From the NCBI GenBank assembly GCA_000043285.1, contig BX248583.1:360001-392000 (forward strand): a stretch of DNA of 32,000 nucleotides. Direction: 5' to 3'. A program made the translations under genes and the position numbers. Positions 1 through 12,130 of the stretch are shown here, piece by piece; position 1 is the stretch's first letter; each line of letters starts with the position of its first letter. A model generated the notes under the pieces. The model saw nothing but the letters and a program-made list of their open reading frames with translations. It was not told the DNA's origin and made no database searches. Source of the stretch: Candidatus Blochmanniella floridana (GTDB lineage Bacteria > Pseudomonadota > Gammaproteobacteria > Enterobacterales > Enterobacteriaceae).

Positions 1-1370
1 TATCTGTATTAGAAGTATTAACGGCAAATTCTATTAATGTCATTATAGAAAAAAATGATCTATATACTCCTACTCCAGTTATTTCTAATGCTATCATTAA
101 TTATAATAGACATAGATATCATAATAATCAATCTAAAGCTGATGGTATTATAGTAACATCATCTCATAACCCCCCTGAAGATGGGGGTATTAAGTATAGT
201 TCGATTTTTGGAGGACCAGCTGAAATTGATATAACTTATTTAATTGAAAAATATGCTAATAGGTTTTTATTAAATAATCTACGAACAGTAAATAAAATAA
301 CACTTAACCACGCTTGGAGAAGTGGATATATACATCCGCAAGATTTAGTACAAAATTATGTACAAAATTTGTCTACAATTATTAATATGAAAGCAATACA
401 GAAATCTGGTTTAAAAATAGGAGTAGATCCGTTAAGTGGGTCAAGTATAAATTGTTGGTATGATATTGCTCAATATTATCAATTAAATTTAACTGTAATA
501 AATTCGAAAATTGATCGCACTTTTAGTTTTATGAACATAGATTATGATGGTCGTATTCGTATAAATTGTACATCAGAATTAACTTTATCAAAAGTGTTAA
601 GTTCATCAAAAAAATTTGATCTATTTTTTATAAATGATCCAGATTGTGATAGACATGGCATTATTACTAAAGGCGGGTTAATTCAGTCTAATTATTATTT
701 TCCAATTGTTATAAATTATCTTTTCCATAATCGAGATTTTTGGAAAAAAAAAATATTATCTGTTGGGAAAACAAATGTATCTAGTATGAGTATTGATCAA
801 GTAGCCAATAATTTAAATTGTCAATTATTAACGACTCCAGTGGGTTTTAAATGGTTTACACAAGGTTTATTACATAGTAAATTAGGTTTCGCTGGGGAAG
901 ACAGCTCAGGAGCTTCTTTTTTAGATCAGCGCTGTATGCCATGGTCTACTGATAAAGATGGATTTATTATGTGTTTAATATCTGCAGAAATTCTGGCTGT
1001 TACTGATCATACATTACAAGATCATCATATTCAGTTCAATAAAAACTTGAATTGTACTTTTAATTATAATCAAACTTATCTTGTTATTAATCACTCTCAA
1101 AAAAAATCTATTATTAATACATTATTTAATCAAATTCATATGAATGAATTAGTAGGAGATCCTATTATTAAAGTTGAAAATATAAAACCATTAAATAAAT
1201 TTATATCTATGGATGGATTAAAAATTGTTACTCGTAATGGATGGATAGCTGGTAGATTATCAGGAACAGAATTGGTATATAAAATTTATTGTGAAAGTTT
1301 TTTGAGTTCCGATCATCGATTAAAAATGGAACAAAAAATGATTAGATGTATATATCAAATAATTAATTAG
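1..1370 (+). CDS. pgm: Phosphoglucomutase, 5'-partial. The reading frame is open from position 3 and the listed ORF 369..1370 is only its 3' part.
   Basis: Frame 3 is open from the window edge and reads ...ADGIIVTSSHNPPEDGGIKYS..., the alpha-D-phosphohexomutase phosphoserine loop (E. coli Pgm has TPSHNPPEDGGIKYN). The downstream segments GFKWF, GEDSSGASF and GTE..YKIY are also Pgm-like. Confidence 0.9.
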   Translation, partial: SVLEVLTANSINVIIEKNDLYTPTPVISNAIINYNRHRYHNNQSKADGIIVTSSHNPPEDGGIKYSSIFGGPAEIDITYLIEKYANRFLLNNLRTVNKITLNHAWRSGYIHPQDLVQNYVQNLSTIINMKAIQKSGLKIGVDPLSGSSINCWYDIAQYYQLNLTVINSKIDRTFSFMNIDYDGRIRINCTSELTLSKVLSSSKKFDLFFINDPDCDRHGIITKGGLIQSNYYFPIVINYLFHNRDFWKKKILSVGKTNVSSMSIDQVANNLNCQLLTTPVGFKWFTQGLLHSKLGFAGEDSSGASFLDQRCMPWSTDKDGFIMCLISAEILAVTDHTLQDHHIQFNKNLNCTFNYNQTYLVINHSQKKSIINTLFNQIHMNELVGDPIIKVENIKPLNKFISMDGLKIVTRNGWIAGRLSGTELVYKIYCESFLSSDHRLKMEQKMIRCIYQIIN

Positions 1371-2198
1371 AAAAATATAAAAAATTGATTATTGTAACTA
1401 ATACCAATATCCATAATGAAGTTATACATTATTTTTATATATATGGTGTAATTAGCAGTATCTATAATTAATAAATATGTTAAGTTTAAATTATAAATAA
1501 TTCACTGATTAAGTATGATATATCAAAAATATACTTATAACTTATTAAAACTGATATAGTATAAAATTGAACAGGTTACACATATTAAATATTATAAAAA
1601 TACATATATTAATTATTAATTAATATTGTAAAATGCATTTTTTATTTTTAAATTTATTATTAGTAATAATTTTTCAAGGAAGATTTGATATTAGTAATAA
1701 TATTATACTGAATAAAATTATATCTGATATTTTGTATTGTAATAAACAATTAAAAAACTATATTAATAACTAGTTTTGATGTATTTTCCAGTTTTATATA
1801 TTTATCTCTAACACAATGTCATGAATCTTGATTGAAAAATTTCAAACATTTATATTTATAAAATTCAATTAATTAAAATAAGAAAAAATTTAAATAATTT
1901 ATTCTATATATATATATTATAGTATAATTTGAAAATAATATAATTTATCAATAATACATGATATGTGATATCTCGTGTCATGATGTATTGTAAAGGTATA
2001 TTTCACTATGTATTACTGGTAATAGTACATGATAAATATGCAAAATATAGTGTATTTTTGTATTAACAATTAGTTCTAAAAAATATGATTATAGTCATTG
2101 ACTAATTATTACACAAATACTTAATTAATATTTATTAGTAAAATTATTAACAGTATTGACAGTACTGGATGACAAAATAATTATTGTGCAGAGTATAT

Positions 2199-2594
2199 AT
2201 GTTGAAAAATAATTTAAAACCAATTTATTTAAATATAAAAGCTATAAAATTTCCCATAACAGCCATTGCTTCAATTTTACATAGAATATCAGGATTTATT
2301 TTGTTTATAATGATTGGACCTATTTTATGGATACTAAAATTATCCTTATCTTCTATAGAAAACTTTACTAAAATTAATACATTTTTAACAGTAGATAATT
2401 ATTGTTTTTTATTTATAAGATGGATCATAATCATAATATTTAGTTATCATATAGTGTTTGGAGTGCGCCAAATATTAATGGATTGTGGATTCATCAAACA
2501 AACATTATCAATGGGAAAGATTAGTGCTCGAGTTGTATTTATATTAGTTATTTGTTTATCTGTTTATGTTGGAATATATATATGGAATCCATGA
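2199..2594 (+). CDS. sdhC: Succinate dehydrogenase cytochrome b556 large subunit
   Basis: FPITAIASILHRISG is nearly identical to E. coli SdhC, and the heme-ligand His in SYHIVFGVRQ is conserved. I prefer the ATG at 2199 (MLKNNLKP...) to the TTG at 2184. The gene lies first in the sdhCDAB order. Confidence 0.85.
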   Translation: MLKNNLKPIYLNIKAIKFPITAIASILHRISGFILFIMIGPILWILKLSLSSIENFTKINTFLTVDNYCFLFIRWIIIIIFSYHIVFGVRQILMDCGFIKQTLSMGKISARVVFILVICLSVYVGIYIWNP

Positions 2595-2929
2595 AATTAA
2601 ATCACAAATATTATGGGGTATATGAATGGTTGATAGTAAGAATTTCCGCTATATTGACAATATTATATAGTGTATATTTGTTTAATTTTATTAATATTGA
2701 TGATAATTTTTCTTATGAGAAATGGTGTATATTTTTTTATGATAAAAAAATAAAAATATTTAATACCATAGTTTTATTAATGTTATTAAAACATACTTGG
2801 ATTGGTATGAGACATATATTAGAAGACTATATATCATCAATAATATTAAGACGATTAAGTATCGGTCTAATTCATATTATATTATATGTATATTTATTGT
2901 TTGGAATAGCTGTCGTTTGGGGTATATAA
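2591..2929 (+). CDS. sdhD: Succinate dehydrogenase hydrophobic membrane anchor subunit
   Basis: The product is colinear with E. coli SdhD (about 115 aa): [13 protein letters not shown].., [15 protein letters not shown] (His ligand conserved), ..VVWGI at the C-terminus. The start is chosen at the ATGA overlap with the sdhC stop. In-frame ATGs at 2582 and 2552 are alternatives. Confidence 0.82.
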   Translation: MKLNHKYYGVYEWLIVRISAILTILYSVYLFNFINIDDNFSYEKWCIFFYDKKIKIFNTIVLLMLLKHTWIGMRHILEDYISSIILRRLSIGLIHIILYVYLLFGIAVVWGI

Positions 2930-2931
2930 AT

Positions 2932-4740
2932 ATGTCATATTACAATCATTTACAAATTAAAGAGTTTTTTTCAGTTGTTATAGGAGCAGGAGGAGCAGGA
3001 ATGCGTGTTGCTCTACATATTTCTAAGATGGGATTTTCTTGTGCTTTAATTTCTAAAGTATTTCCTACTAGATCTCATACAGTATCTGCTCAAGGAGGAA
3101 TTACGGTAGCATTAGGTAACTCGCATGAAGATCATTGGGAGTGGCATATGTATGATACAGTTAAAGGTTCTGATTATTTAGGAGATCAAAATGCTATAGA
3201 ATATATGTGCAAAACAGGACCTAAGGCAGTTTTAGAATTAGAACATATGGGTTTACCATTTTCTAGATGTAAAAACGGTCGTATTTATCAACGACCTTTT
3301 GGAGGACAAACCTTATTTTATGGTAAAAAACAAGCAGCAAGAACTGCAGCATCTGCCGACCGTACTGGACATGCTTTATTACATACATTGTATCAACAAA
3401 ACTTAAAAAATAAAACAACTATATTTTCAGAATGGTATGCGTTGGATTTAGTAAAAAATCAAGATGGGAGAATATTAGGTTGTATAGCATTTTCTATTGA
3501 AACTGGAGAATTAGTTTATTTCAAAGCTCGAGCTACAGTTCTAGCTACTGGCGGGGGTGGTCGTATTTATCAATCTACTACTAACGCATATATAAACACT
3601 GGAGATGGTATAGGTATGGCATTAAGAGCTGGTATTCCAGTTCAAGATATGGAAATGTGGCAATTTCATCCTACTGGAATAGCTGGCATTGGGATTTTAG
3701 TAAGTGAAGGTTGTAGAGGAGAAGGAGGATATTTATTAAATGTTCATGGTGAAAGATTTATGAAACGATATGCTCCTAATGTTAAAGATTTAGCTGGACG
3801 TGATGTAGTATCTAGAGCAATTTTAATTGAAATTAAAGAAGGCCGAGGTTATTTTGATGACGTATATGGACCTCATGTTAAATTAAAATTAGATCACTTA
3901 GGAAAAGAATTATTAGAATTGAGATTACCTGGAATCTTAGAATTAGCACGAACCTTTGCTTATGTTGATCCAGTCACAGAATTAATACCAGTATTTCCAA
4001 CATGTCATTACATGATGGGAGGTATTCCTACTACTATTTATGGACAAGTAATTACTGTAGACAATAACAATAAAAATGCAGAAGGATCTGATAAAATAGT
4101 CCCTGGATTGTTTGCAGTCGGAGAAACTGCATGTGTATCAGTACATGGAGCTAATAGATTAGGAGGTAATTCTTTATTAGATTTAATCGTATTTGGGTAT
4201 TCTACAGGATCTTATATACAAAAATACCTTGAAGAAGAAGAATGGCCTGTTCGAAATGCGACTAATTCAGATATAGAATTAGCTTTAGCTCGTTATACTA
4301 AATGGAATAATAATCAACCATCATTGCATAAAGAAAATATTGTTAAAATACGTCAAGATTTACAATGGTGTATGCAAAATAATTTTTCAGTATTTAGAGA
4401 AGAAAAAAAAATGTTGGAGGGATTAGAAGAAATAAAAGAAATTCATAACCGATTAAATAATGTTGTTCTACAAGATACAACTTCTATTTTTAATACACAA
4501 CGTATTGAATGTTTAGAATTAGATAATTTATTGGAAACTGCTTATGCAACTGCGGTTTCTGCTATTTTTAGAACAGAAAGTAGAGGAGCTCATAGCCGTT
4601 ATGATTTTCCTTTTAGAGACGATAAACATTGGTTATATCATACACTATTTTTACCACAACATAATATTTTAATTCGTAGAAATGTAAATATGAAGCCAAG
4701 ATTTAGATCTTATTTTCCTCCACAAACTCGAACGTATTAA
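2932..4740 (+). CDS. sdhA: Succinate dehydrogenase flavoprotein subunit
   Basis: From the ATG at 2932 the product reads [28 protein letters not shown]...[16 protein letters not shown] (FAD-linking His motif)...HPTGI...RGEGG...ESRGAHSR...RTY, colinear with E. coli SdhA. The upstream part of ORF 2797.. overlaps sdhD and is not coding for SdhA. Confidence 0.97.
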   Translation: MSYYNHLQIKEFFSVVIGAGGAGMRVALHISKMGFSCALISKVFPTRSHTVSAQGGITVALGNSHEDHWEWHMYDTVKGSDYLGDQNAIEYMCKTGPKAVLELEHMGLPFSRCKNGRIYQRPFGGQTLFYGKKQAARTAASADRTGHALLHTLYQQNLKNKTTIFSEWYALDLVKNQDGRILGCIAFSIETGELVYFKARATVLATGGGGRIYQSTTNAYINTGDGIGMALRAGIPVQDMEMWQFHPTGIAGIGILVSEGCRGEGGYLLNVHGERFMKRYAPNVKDLAGRDVVSRAILIEIKEGRGYFDDVYGPHVKLKLDHLGKELLELRLPGILELARTFAYVDPVTELIPVFPTCHYMMGGIPTTIYGQVITVDNNNKNAEGSDKIVPGLFAVGETACVSVHGANRLGGNSLLDLIVFGYSTGSYIQKYLEEEEWPVRNATNSDIELALARYTKWNNNQPSLHKENIVKIRQDLQWCMQNNFSVFREEKKMLEGLEEIKEIHNRLNNVVLQDTTSIFNTQRIECLELDNLLETAYATAVSAIFRTESRGAHSRYDFPFRDDKHWLYHTLFLPQHNILIRRNVNMKPRFRSYFPPQTRTY

Positions 4741-4753
4741 ACAGAGATTAAAT

Positions 4754-5482
4754 ATGCAAATCAAATTTTCTATTTATCGTTTTTGTCCTGAAGTTAAAAA
4801 AACTGCTTATATTCAGGAATATGTGATGAATGCAAATAGTATACATAAAATGACATTATTGGATGCTTTAATCAAGCTAAAAGAACAAGATCCAACTTTA
4901 ACGTTTCGAAGATCTTGTAGAGAGGGAGTATGTGGTTCTGACGGAATGAATATTAATGGAACAAATTCTTTAGCATGTATTACACCATTAATAAAATTAA
5001 TTAATAAACGTCGTAACAAGAAAATTAATATTCGACCATTACCCGGTTTTCCAGTGATTCGAGATTTAGTAGTAGATATGAGTCAATTTTACTTGCAGTA
5101 TGAAAAAGTAAAACCGTTTTTAATAAATGATTTACCTAATCAACCATCCCGTGAATATCTACAATCTCCTGAGGAACGATCTAAATTGGATGGATCTTAC
5201 GAATGTATATTATGTGCATGTTGTTCTAGTGCTTGTCCGTCTTTTTGGTGGAATCCAGAAAAATTTATTGGACCTGCTGGATTATTAACTTTATATCGTT
5301 TCTTAATAGACAGCAGAGATACTCATCGAAAGGAGCGACTAAAGCATTTTCAAGATTCTTTTAGTGTTTTTCGTTGTCATAATATTATGAACTGTGTTAG
5401 CGTGTGTCCTAAAAAATTAAACCCAGCTCAATCTATAGGTCATATTAAACGTATGTTGATTCAAAGTATTATAAAAAAATAA
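4754..5482 (+). CDS. sdhB: Succinate dehydrogenase iron-sulfur subunit
   Basis: The Fe-S cluster cysteine motifs CREGVCGSDGMNING, CILCACCSSACPSFWWN and CHNIMNCVSVCPK are present. The product is colinear with E. coli SdhB. Confidence 0.97.
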   Translation: MQIKFSIYRFCPEVKKTAYIQEYVMNANSIHKMTLLDALIKLKEQDPTLTFRRSCREGVCGSDGMNINGTNSLACITPLIKLINKRRNKKINIRPLPGFPVIRDLVVDMSQFYLQYEKVKPFLINDLPNQPSREYLQSPEERSKLDGSYECILCACCSSACPSFWWNPEKFIGPAGLLTLYRFLIDSRDTHRKERLKHFQDSFSVFRCHNIMNCVSVCPKKLNPAQSIGHIKRMLIQSIIKK

Positions 5483-5625
5483 GAGAATAGATTAATTTAA
5501 AAAGAAAATTGTATACTTACATTTAGTAAGCAAAATATTGTATATTTTTAACGTTATATATTAAAATTTTTAAAATTCGTGTTTATAAACATATATACAG
5601 ATATTATAAATATAAGGGTTTTATA

Positions 5626-8538
5626 ATGAATAGTGATATATTTAAGGCTTGGTTAAATTCTTCTTTTTTAACTAAAAATAATCAATCATATATTGATCAA
5701 ATATATGAATTTTTTTTAAAAAATCCACATTCTATAGATATTAGCTGGATTAATATATTCAAGGAATGGGATATTGAGGAAAAAAATCAAAATCAATCTA
5801 TTATCAATAAACAATTACATTCTACATCACCATTATTATCTGAATATGACAAGCAAGATAACTCATATAAATCATATATATCTACTGATATAGATAAAGA
5901 AAAAACTATAAATATTTCAAAAATATTACAACTTATTCATTCTTTTAGAAAATATGGACATCAATATTCTATATTAGATCCGTTAGGATTGACTATTAAT
6001 ACAGTTAAAAACAGTTTTTTAGAGCTAAAATATTATAAATTTTTAGATAAAGATGTCTTACAACAATTTGATACTAATTTATTAGGAATGAATAAAGGTA
6101 TTATCACGTTAAATAGCATATATAAATTTCTTAAAAAAACTTATTGTGGAACTATTGGAATAGAATATATGCATATTCTTGATATTAATCAAATTTTATG
6201 GATTCAAGATTATTTTGAATCTCATACAATAGAAATATCTGATCATTTTAGTGTTAAAGAACAAAGACAATTTCTCAATGAATTGATAGCATCGGAAGAA
6301 TTAGAGCGTTATTTAGGAATAAAATTTCCGGGATCTAAGAGATTTTCATTAGAAGGAGGTGATGTGTTAATACCTATGTTAAAAGAAGCAATACGTTATT
6401 CTGTATTAAACCATAATATTCAAGAAATATTTCTTGGTATGCCTCATAGAGGTCGATTAAATACTTTAATTAATGTTTTAGGTAAAAACCCTCAAGATTT
6501 ATTTAATGAATTTTATGGAACAAATCAAAAATATACCAATAGTGGAGATGTAAAATATCATCAAGGTTTATATTCCGAAGTAACAATTAATAGTCAAATC
6601 GTACATATATCACTATTATTTAATCCATCACATTTAGAAATTATCACTCCAGTTATGATGGGAGCAGCACGCGCACGAATTGAACAATTATATAAAGATC
6701 AAATACATAAAACTATTTTAAATAAGAATTATAAAATACAACAAAACATAGTATTACCCATTACGATACACGGAGACGCAGCGATCAGCGCTCAAGGAGT
6801 AGTACAAGAAACATTGAATATGGCTAACACTCGAGCTTATAGTGTTGGTGGAACTATACATATAGTTATTAATAATCAAATTGGTTTTACTACATCTAAT
6901 ATCGATGATATTAGATCTACTCCATATTGCACTGATATAGCAAAAATGATACAAGCTCCTATTTTGCATGTTAATGCTGACGATGTACATGCTGTTATTT
7001 TTGTAACTCGTTTTGCATTAAATTTTAGAAATAAATTTAAACATGATATAGTCATTGATTTAGTGTGTTATCGTAGACATGGACATAACGAAACTGATGA
7101 ACCGCATGTTACTCAACCTATGATGTATCAAAAAATACGTAATCATCCTACAGTACTTGAGCTATATGCTCAGAAATTAATTCAAAAAAATATAATTAAT
7201 GTTGATGATATAAAAAATGAATCGTGCTTATATCGTTCAAAATTAGATAATGAAAATTGTGTATTAGAAAAAAATTGGAAACCTGTACATGTACGTTCTA
7301 AATACCATGTACTTGATATTAATCAGGATACTTCTTATATTATCAATAATTCTATAAAAATAGATAAACAATCTTTACAACAATTAGCATGTAATATTTT
7401 TAATATACCAAACTCTATTACTATGCATGATAGAGTAAAAAAAATTTATCACGAACGAATGGAGATGGCATTAGGTAATCGTTTGTTTGATTGGGGTGGC
7501 GCAGAAATATTAGCATATGCAGTTTTATTGAACCAAGGGTATTCTATTAGATTATCTGGGGAAGATACAGCTCGAGGAACTTTTTTTCATAGACATGCAA
7601 TAATATATGATCAAAAATCTACTAAAAAATATATTCCATTAATGAATATCAAACAAAAACAAGGATCATTTTTAATCTGGAACTCAGTATTATCGGAAGA
7701 ATCAGCTTTAGCATTTGAATACGGCTATGCTCATGTAGCTTCACATAATACTTTAGTAATTTGGGAGGCTCAGTTTGGTGACTTTTCTAATGGAGCGCAA
7801 GTAGTTATTGATCAATTTATTAGTTCTGGAGAACAAAAATGGAATCAATTATGTGGATTAATTATGTTATTACCGCATGGATATGAAGGTCAAGGTCCAG
7901 AACATTCTTCTTGTCGAATAGAACGGTATTTACAGTTATGTTCTGAATATAATATGCGTATATGTATTCCTTCTACTCCTGACCAAATATATCATTTATT
8001 ACATCAACATGCTCATGATAAGATACGACGTAAACCATTAATTATTGTATCTCCAAAATCTTTACTCAGACATCCAATGGTACATGCATCTATAGAAGAT
8101 TTTACATATGGATCTTTTAAAGCTATTATTAGCGAAACCAATAATAATTGTATATTAACTCAAGTCAATAAAATTATTATATGTACCGGAAAAATATATT
8201 ATGACTTAGTCAATAAACGGAACCAGTTAAAAAAATATAATATAGCAATCATAAGAATTGAACAATTGTATCCTTTTCCTCATGTAGATATTAAAATCAT
8301 TTTAAAACCATATCTACATGTAGAAAATTTTATTTGGTGTCAAGAAGAACCTCAAAATCAAGGAGCATGGTACTATATTCAACTTTATTTTCATAAATAT
8401 ATTCCAAATATCACTTTAAATTATATGGGTCGGGATGAAGCTGCTGCTCCTGCTTCAGGATATTTTTCTCAACATCAACAGCAGCAAACAAAAATAATTA
8501 ATCAAGCATTAGATATAATTAACAATGAAGAAGGATAA
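5626..8538 (+). CDS. sucA: 2-oxoglutarate dehydrogenase E1 component
   Basis: The 970-aa product starts like E. coli SucA (..KAWLNSSFL..) and contains [26 protein letters not shown] and [15 protein letters not shown]. It lies between sdhB and sucB. Confidence 0.97.
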   Translation: MNSDIFKAWLNSSFLTKNNQSYIDQIYEFFLKNPHSIDISWINIFKEWDIEEKNQNQSIINKQLHSTSPLLSEYDKQDNSYKSYISTDIDKEKTINISKILQLIHSFRKYGHQYSILDPLGLTINTVKNSFLELKYYKFLDKDVLQQFDTNLLGMNKGIITLNSIYKFLKKTYCGTIGIEYMHILDINQILWIQDYFESHTIEISDHFSVKEQRQFLNELIASEELERYLGIKFPGSKRFSLEGGDVLIPMLKEAIRYSVLNHNIQEIFLGMPHRGRLNTLINVLGKNPQDLFNEFYGTNQKYTNSGDVKYHQGLYSEVTINSQIVHISLLFNPSHLEIITPVMMGAARARIEQLYKDQIHKTILNKNYKIQQNIVLPITIHGDAAISAQGVVQETLNMANTRAYSVGGTIHIVINNQIGFTTSNIDDIRSTPYCTDIAKMIQAPILHVNADDVHAVIFVTRFALNFRNKFKHDIVIDLVCYRRHGHNETDEPHVTQPMMYQKIRNHPTVLELYAQKLIQKNIINVDDIKNESCLYRSKLDNENCVLEKNWKPVHVRSKYHVLDINQDTSYIINNSIKIDKQSLQQLACNIFNIPNSITMHDRVKKIYHERMEMALGNRLFDWGGAEILAYAVLLNQGYSIRLSGEDTARGTFFHRHAIIYDQKSTKKYIPLMNIKQKQGSFLIWNSVLSEESALAFEYGYAHVASHNTLVIWEAQFGDFSNGAQVVIDQFISSGEQKWNQLCGLIMLLPHGYEGQGPEHSSCRIERYLQLCSEYNMRICIPSTPDQIYHLLHQHAHDKIRRKPLIIVSPKSLLRHPMVHASIEDFTYGSFKAIISETNNNCILTQVNKIIICTGKIYYDLVNKRNQLKKYNIAIIRIEQLYPFPHVDIKIILKPYLHVENFIWCQEEPQNQGAWYYIQLYFHKYIPNITLNYMGRDEAAAPASGYFSQHQQQQTKIINQALDIINNEEG

Positions 8539-8545
8539 AGAAAAT

Positions 8546-9862
8546 ATGAGCGATAGTAGTAAATTAGATATATTAGTACCCAATTTACCTGAATCAGTGA
8601 TAGATGCCACTGTTTCGGTATGGCATAAAAAAGAAGGAGATAAAATTAAACAAGGGGAAATATTACTTGAAATTGAAACAGATAAAATTATGTTAGAAGT
8701 CCCTGCTTTACAATCAGGTATATTATTAGAGATATTAGAAAAATCAGGATCTATTGTTATAGCCGGCCAAATCTTAGGACGTTTAGAATGTAATAATTTT
8801 TCTAACCAAATAAAACCACTGAATTTTAGCGATAATCAAAATAGTATAAAATCTACTATTGCAAAAAAAATCGAAGATAATCTTGTTATACAAGAAGAAG
8901 ATAAGCATTCCCCAATTAGTCCAGTAATTCGAAAATTAATTACTAAATATAATTTAAATATAGACAATATAAAAGGTAGCGGAATTAAGGGACGTCTTAC
9001 TAGACAAGATATAGAAACATATATTCAAAAAAATACATTATCGCAAACGTATAATGTTGCTATAAATACAGACTTTAAACAGTCCATATATGACAATGCA
9101 CAACAAAAGAATGATTTTACTCATGATAATAGAGTTAATACCATAAGAAATGATGTTAATAATCGTACAGATACACGCGTCATAATGAGTCGTTTACGAA
9201 AAAAAATTTCGGAAAGGTTATTAAAAGTAACGAATTCTACTGCTATATTAACTACTTTTAATGAAGTAAATATGCAATGTATTATTAATATACGAAATAA
9301 ATATCAAGAATCATTTGAAAAAAATCATAATATTAAGTTAGGGTTTATGTCTTTTTTTGTAAAAGCAGTTGTAGAAGGATTACGACGTTTTCCTGAAATC
9401 AATGCATATATTGACGGGGAAGAAATAATATATCATAATTATTTCGATATAAGTATTGCAGTATCTACACCAAGAGGATTAGTTACTCCAGTATTAAGAA
9501 ATGCTGATAAATTGAGGTTTGTTGACATCGAAAAAAATATTAAATTATTAGCTAATAAAGGAAAAACAGGAAAATTAACACTTGACGATTTAAATGGAGG
9601 AAACTTTACAATTACTAATGGAGGTATTTTTGGTTCATTACTCTCTACTCCTATAATTAATCCTCCACAAAGTGCTATTCTTGGAATGCACGCTATTAAA
9701 GATCGACCAATGGCATTAAACGGAAATATAGTAATATTACCTATGATGTATTTGGCATTATCATATGATCATCGATTAATAGATGGAAAAGATTCAGTTA
9801 ATTTTTTAATAACTGTTAAGAATTTAATCGAAGATCCAATGAGTTTATTATTGGAAAATTAA
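8546..9862 (+). CDS. sucB: Dihydrolipoyllysine-residue succinyltransferase (E2o)
   Basis: [23 protein letters not shown] matches the E. coli SucB N-terminus. The lipoyl-lysine motif [11 protein letters not shown], the E3-binding segment SPVIRKL and the catalytic motif YDHRLIDG are all present. The ATG at 8546 follows an AAGGA at 8531-8535 and is preferred to 8525, which overlaps sucA. Confidence 0.94.
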   Translation: MSDSSKLDILVPNLPESVIDATVSVWHKKEGDKIKQGEILLEIETDKIMLEVPALQSGILLEILEKSGSIVIAGQILGRLECNNFSNQIKPLNFSDNQNSIKSTIAKKIEDNLVIQEEDKHSPISPVIRKLITKYNLNIDNIKGSGIKGRLTRQDIETYIQKNTLSQTYNVAINTDFKQSIYDNAQQKNDFTHDNRVNTIRNDVNNRTDTRVIMSRLRKKISERLLKVTNSTAILTTFNEVNMQCIINIRNKYQESFEKNHNIKLGFMSFFVKAVVEGLRRFPEINAYIDGEEIIYHNYFDISIAVSTPRGLVTPVLRNADKLRFVDIEKNIKLLANKGKTGKLTLDDLNGGNFTITNGGIFGSLLSTPIINPPQSAILGMHAIKDRPMALNGNIVILPMMYLALSYDHRLIDGKDSVNFLITVKNLIEDPMSLLLEN

Positions 9863-9958
9863 TTAGGATGGTTATGTATTAAAATACTGTAATTTTAAAT
9901 AAAATTTGTATTTTATTTAAACTATAAATTTGAAATACAACATTGTTGGTTATAAATT

Positions 9959-11158
9959 ATGAATTTATATGAATATCAAGCAAAACAGTTATTTAAGCAA
10001 TTTAATATACCTATTTTAAAAAATCATATTATTACTGAAACTTCAGAAATAAAAGATTGTATATCAGAAATCATAAAAGAAGGTCCTCCATGGATTGTAA
10101 AATGTCAAATACGATCAGGAGGAAGAGGCAAATCTGGAGGAGTGCAAATTGTAAATTCAATGGAGGATATGTTAGCTTTTGCAAATAGATGGTTTGGTAA
10201 AAACTTAGTGACATATCAAACTACTGTTGATGGAGAAAGAGTAAATTCTATTCTAATAGAACCAGCAGTTAACATAGCTCATGAATTTTATTTAAGTATA
10301 TTAATCGATAGGGATTTAAGTAATATTATATGTATAGTCTCTACTAAAGGAGGTGTAGATATCGAAAATGTAATACATGAATCAGTATCAACATCAGATG
10401 TGATTTATAAAATTTCTATAGATCCATTAATAGGAGCATGTGCATACCAAGGCCGTTTATTGGCTAGTAAATTAAGTTTATCAGGAACACAAATTAATCA
10501 ATTTACTGACATGTATATTAATCTAGTACGCATGTTTATTGAAAAAGATTTAACGTTAATTGAAATTAATCCTCTGATTATTAATAAGAATAATGATTTA
10601 CTTTGTTTAGATGCTAAAGTAAGTATTGATCGTAATGCATTATTTAGACAACTAGATTTAGTCAATCTTTTCCTAAAAAACAATAATCCTAATGACAATA
10701 GTCATTTACCAAAATTATATTCTAAATATGGAGGAGTAAACTATGTTGCTTTAGATGGAAATATAGGTTTATTGGTAAATGGAGCTGGTTTAGCCATGGC
10801 TACTATGGACTTAATTAAATTATTTGGTGGAAATCCAGCTAATTTTTTAGATATTGGAGGAGATACTAATCAAGAAAGTATCACTGAAGCTTTAAAAAAA
10901 CTTTTTAAACAAGAATCAATAAAAGTAATATTTATTAATATTTTTGGAGGAATTGTGTGTTGTAAATTAATTGCGGATAGCATTATTCATACGTTATTTG
11001 ATGAACATACAGAATTAAATATCCCCATAGTAGTAAGATTAGAAGGTAATAACGCGAAGATGGGGATTGATAAATTAATTAATGCTAATTTCAAAAATGT
11101 TATTATTATAAATAATCTTATTAATGCGGTACATAAAATTATGGAATTGGTGAAATAG
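9959..11158 (+). CDS. sucC: Succinyl-CoA synthetase beta subunit
   Basis: The N-terminus [12 protein letters not shown] matches E. coli [12 protein letters not shown]. An ATP-grasp domain and the motif NIFGGIV are present, and the gene sits directly upstream of sucD. Confidence 0.97.
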   Translation: MNLYEYQAKQLFKQFNIPILKNHIITETSEIKDCISEIIKEGPPWIVKCQIRSGGRGKSGGVQIVNSMEDMLAFANRWFGKNLVTYQTTVDGERVNSILIEPAVNIAHEFYLSILIDRDLSNIICIVSTKGGVDIENVIHESVSTSDVIYKISIDPLIGACAYQGRLLASKLSLSGTQINQFTDMYINLVRMFIEKDLTLIEINPLIINKNNDLLCLDAKVSIDRNALFRQLDLVNLFLKNNNPNDNSHLPKLYSKYGGVNYVALDGNIGLLVNGAGLAMATMDLIKLFGGNPANFLDIGGDTNQESITEALKKLFKQESIKVIFINIFGGIVCCKLIADSIIHTLFDEHTELNIPIVVRLEGNNAKMGIDKLINANFKNVIIINNLINAVHKIMELVK

Positions 11159-11160
11159 AT

Positions 11161-12051
11161 ATGTCGATTTTAATTGATCAAAATACTAAAGTGATTTGTC
11201 AAGGTTTTACTGGTAAAAAAGCTAGTTTTCATTCTAGACAATCGTTGCTTTATGGAACTAAAATATTAGGTGGAGTTACTCCAGGTAAGGGAGGATATAC
11301 TCACTTAGGATTGCCAGTTTTTAATACTGTTCATGAAGCAATATGTCATACTAATGCAACTGTTTCTGTTATTTATGTCCCTGCTCTATTTTGTAAAGAT
11401 GCTATTTTAGAAGCAATTGATTCTAAAATTAAATTGATTGTTTGTATTACAGAAGGGATGCCAATATTAGATATGTTAATAATTAAAAATCAATTAAAGA
11501 AACAAAATTCTTGTATTATGATTGGACCAAACTGTCCTGGAATTATTACTCCTAATCAATGTAAAATAGGAATTATGCCTGGTTATATTCATAATGCAGG
11601 TAATATTGGAATAGTATCTCGGTCAGGAACTTTAACATATGAGGTAGTAAAACAAATAACTGATATAGGATTAGGACAGTCTACATGCGTAGGTATTGGC
11701 GGAGATCCAATTTTAGGATCTGATTTTATAGATATTTTAAGATTATTCGAAAAAGATCCACAAACAGAACTTATAATTATGATAGGTGAAATTGGAGGAC
11801 AATCAGAACAAGAAGCTGCATCTTATATAAAAAAATATATAACTAAACCAATTGTAGCATATATAGCTGGATTAACAGCTCCAAAAGGAAAGCGTATGGG
11901 TCATGCCGGAGCAATTATTTCTGGAAAACACAGTGGAGCGCACGAAAAATGTACAGTTTTATCTAAATCAGGAGTACATATCGTCAATAATTTTGCTTAC
12001 ATTGGAAAAACAATCAGTAAAATATTAACAAATAGACAAAATCACCCTTAA
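11161..12051 (+). CDS. sucD: Succinyl-CoA synthetase alpha subunit
   Basis: [18 protein letters not shown] matches the E. coli start. SRSGTLTYE and the phosphohistidine loop [10 protein letters not shown] are present. Confidence 0.97.
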   Translation: MSILIDQNTKVICQGFTGKKASFHSRQSLLYGTKILGGVTPGKGGYTHLGLPVFNTVHEAICHTNATVSVIYVPALFCKDAILEAIDSKIKLIVCITEGMPILDMLIIKNQLKKQNSCIMIGPNCPGIITPNQCKIGIMPGYIHNAGNIGIVSRSGTLTYEVVKQITDIGLGQSTCVGIGGDPILGSDFIDILRLFEKDPQTELIIMIGEIGGQSEQEAASYIKKYITKPIVAYIAGLTAPKGKRMGHAGAIISGKHSGAHEKCTVLSKSGVHIVNNFAYIGKTISKILTNRQNHP

Positions 12052-12065
12052 TTCAGTAAATATAT

Positions 12066-12094
12066 GAACATGTGTATAAATATACATGTTCTTT
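12066..12094 (+). terminator. Candidate intrinsic terminator hairpin downstream of sucD
   Basis: An 11-bp stem pairs 12066-12076 with 12081-12091 (GAACATGTGTA / TATACATGTTC, one G-U pair) around the 4-nt loop TAAA. It is followed by TTT and then AT-rich sequence. It starts 15 nt after the sucD stop. The T-tract is short, so confidence is moderate. Confidence 0.4.
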
Positions 12095-12130
12095 AAATAT
12101 TGTTTAAATTGTATTAAATAAATAACGCAC

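Noticed and set aside
1906-1922. Short (TA)n microsatellites occur here and also near 17450-17462 and 24270-24284.
   Set aside because: These are the low-complexity tracts expected in nearly G/C-free intergenic DNA. They are too short to treat as features.
2156-2184. A consensus TTGACA (2156-2161) followed by A/T-rich -10-like hexamers, as a possible sdhC promoter.
   Set aside because: Near-consensus -10 hexamers occur by chance almost everywhere in sequence this AT-rich. This one would leave a leader of only about 10-15 nt before the ATG at 2199. It is not supportable from sequence alone.
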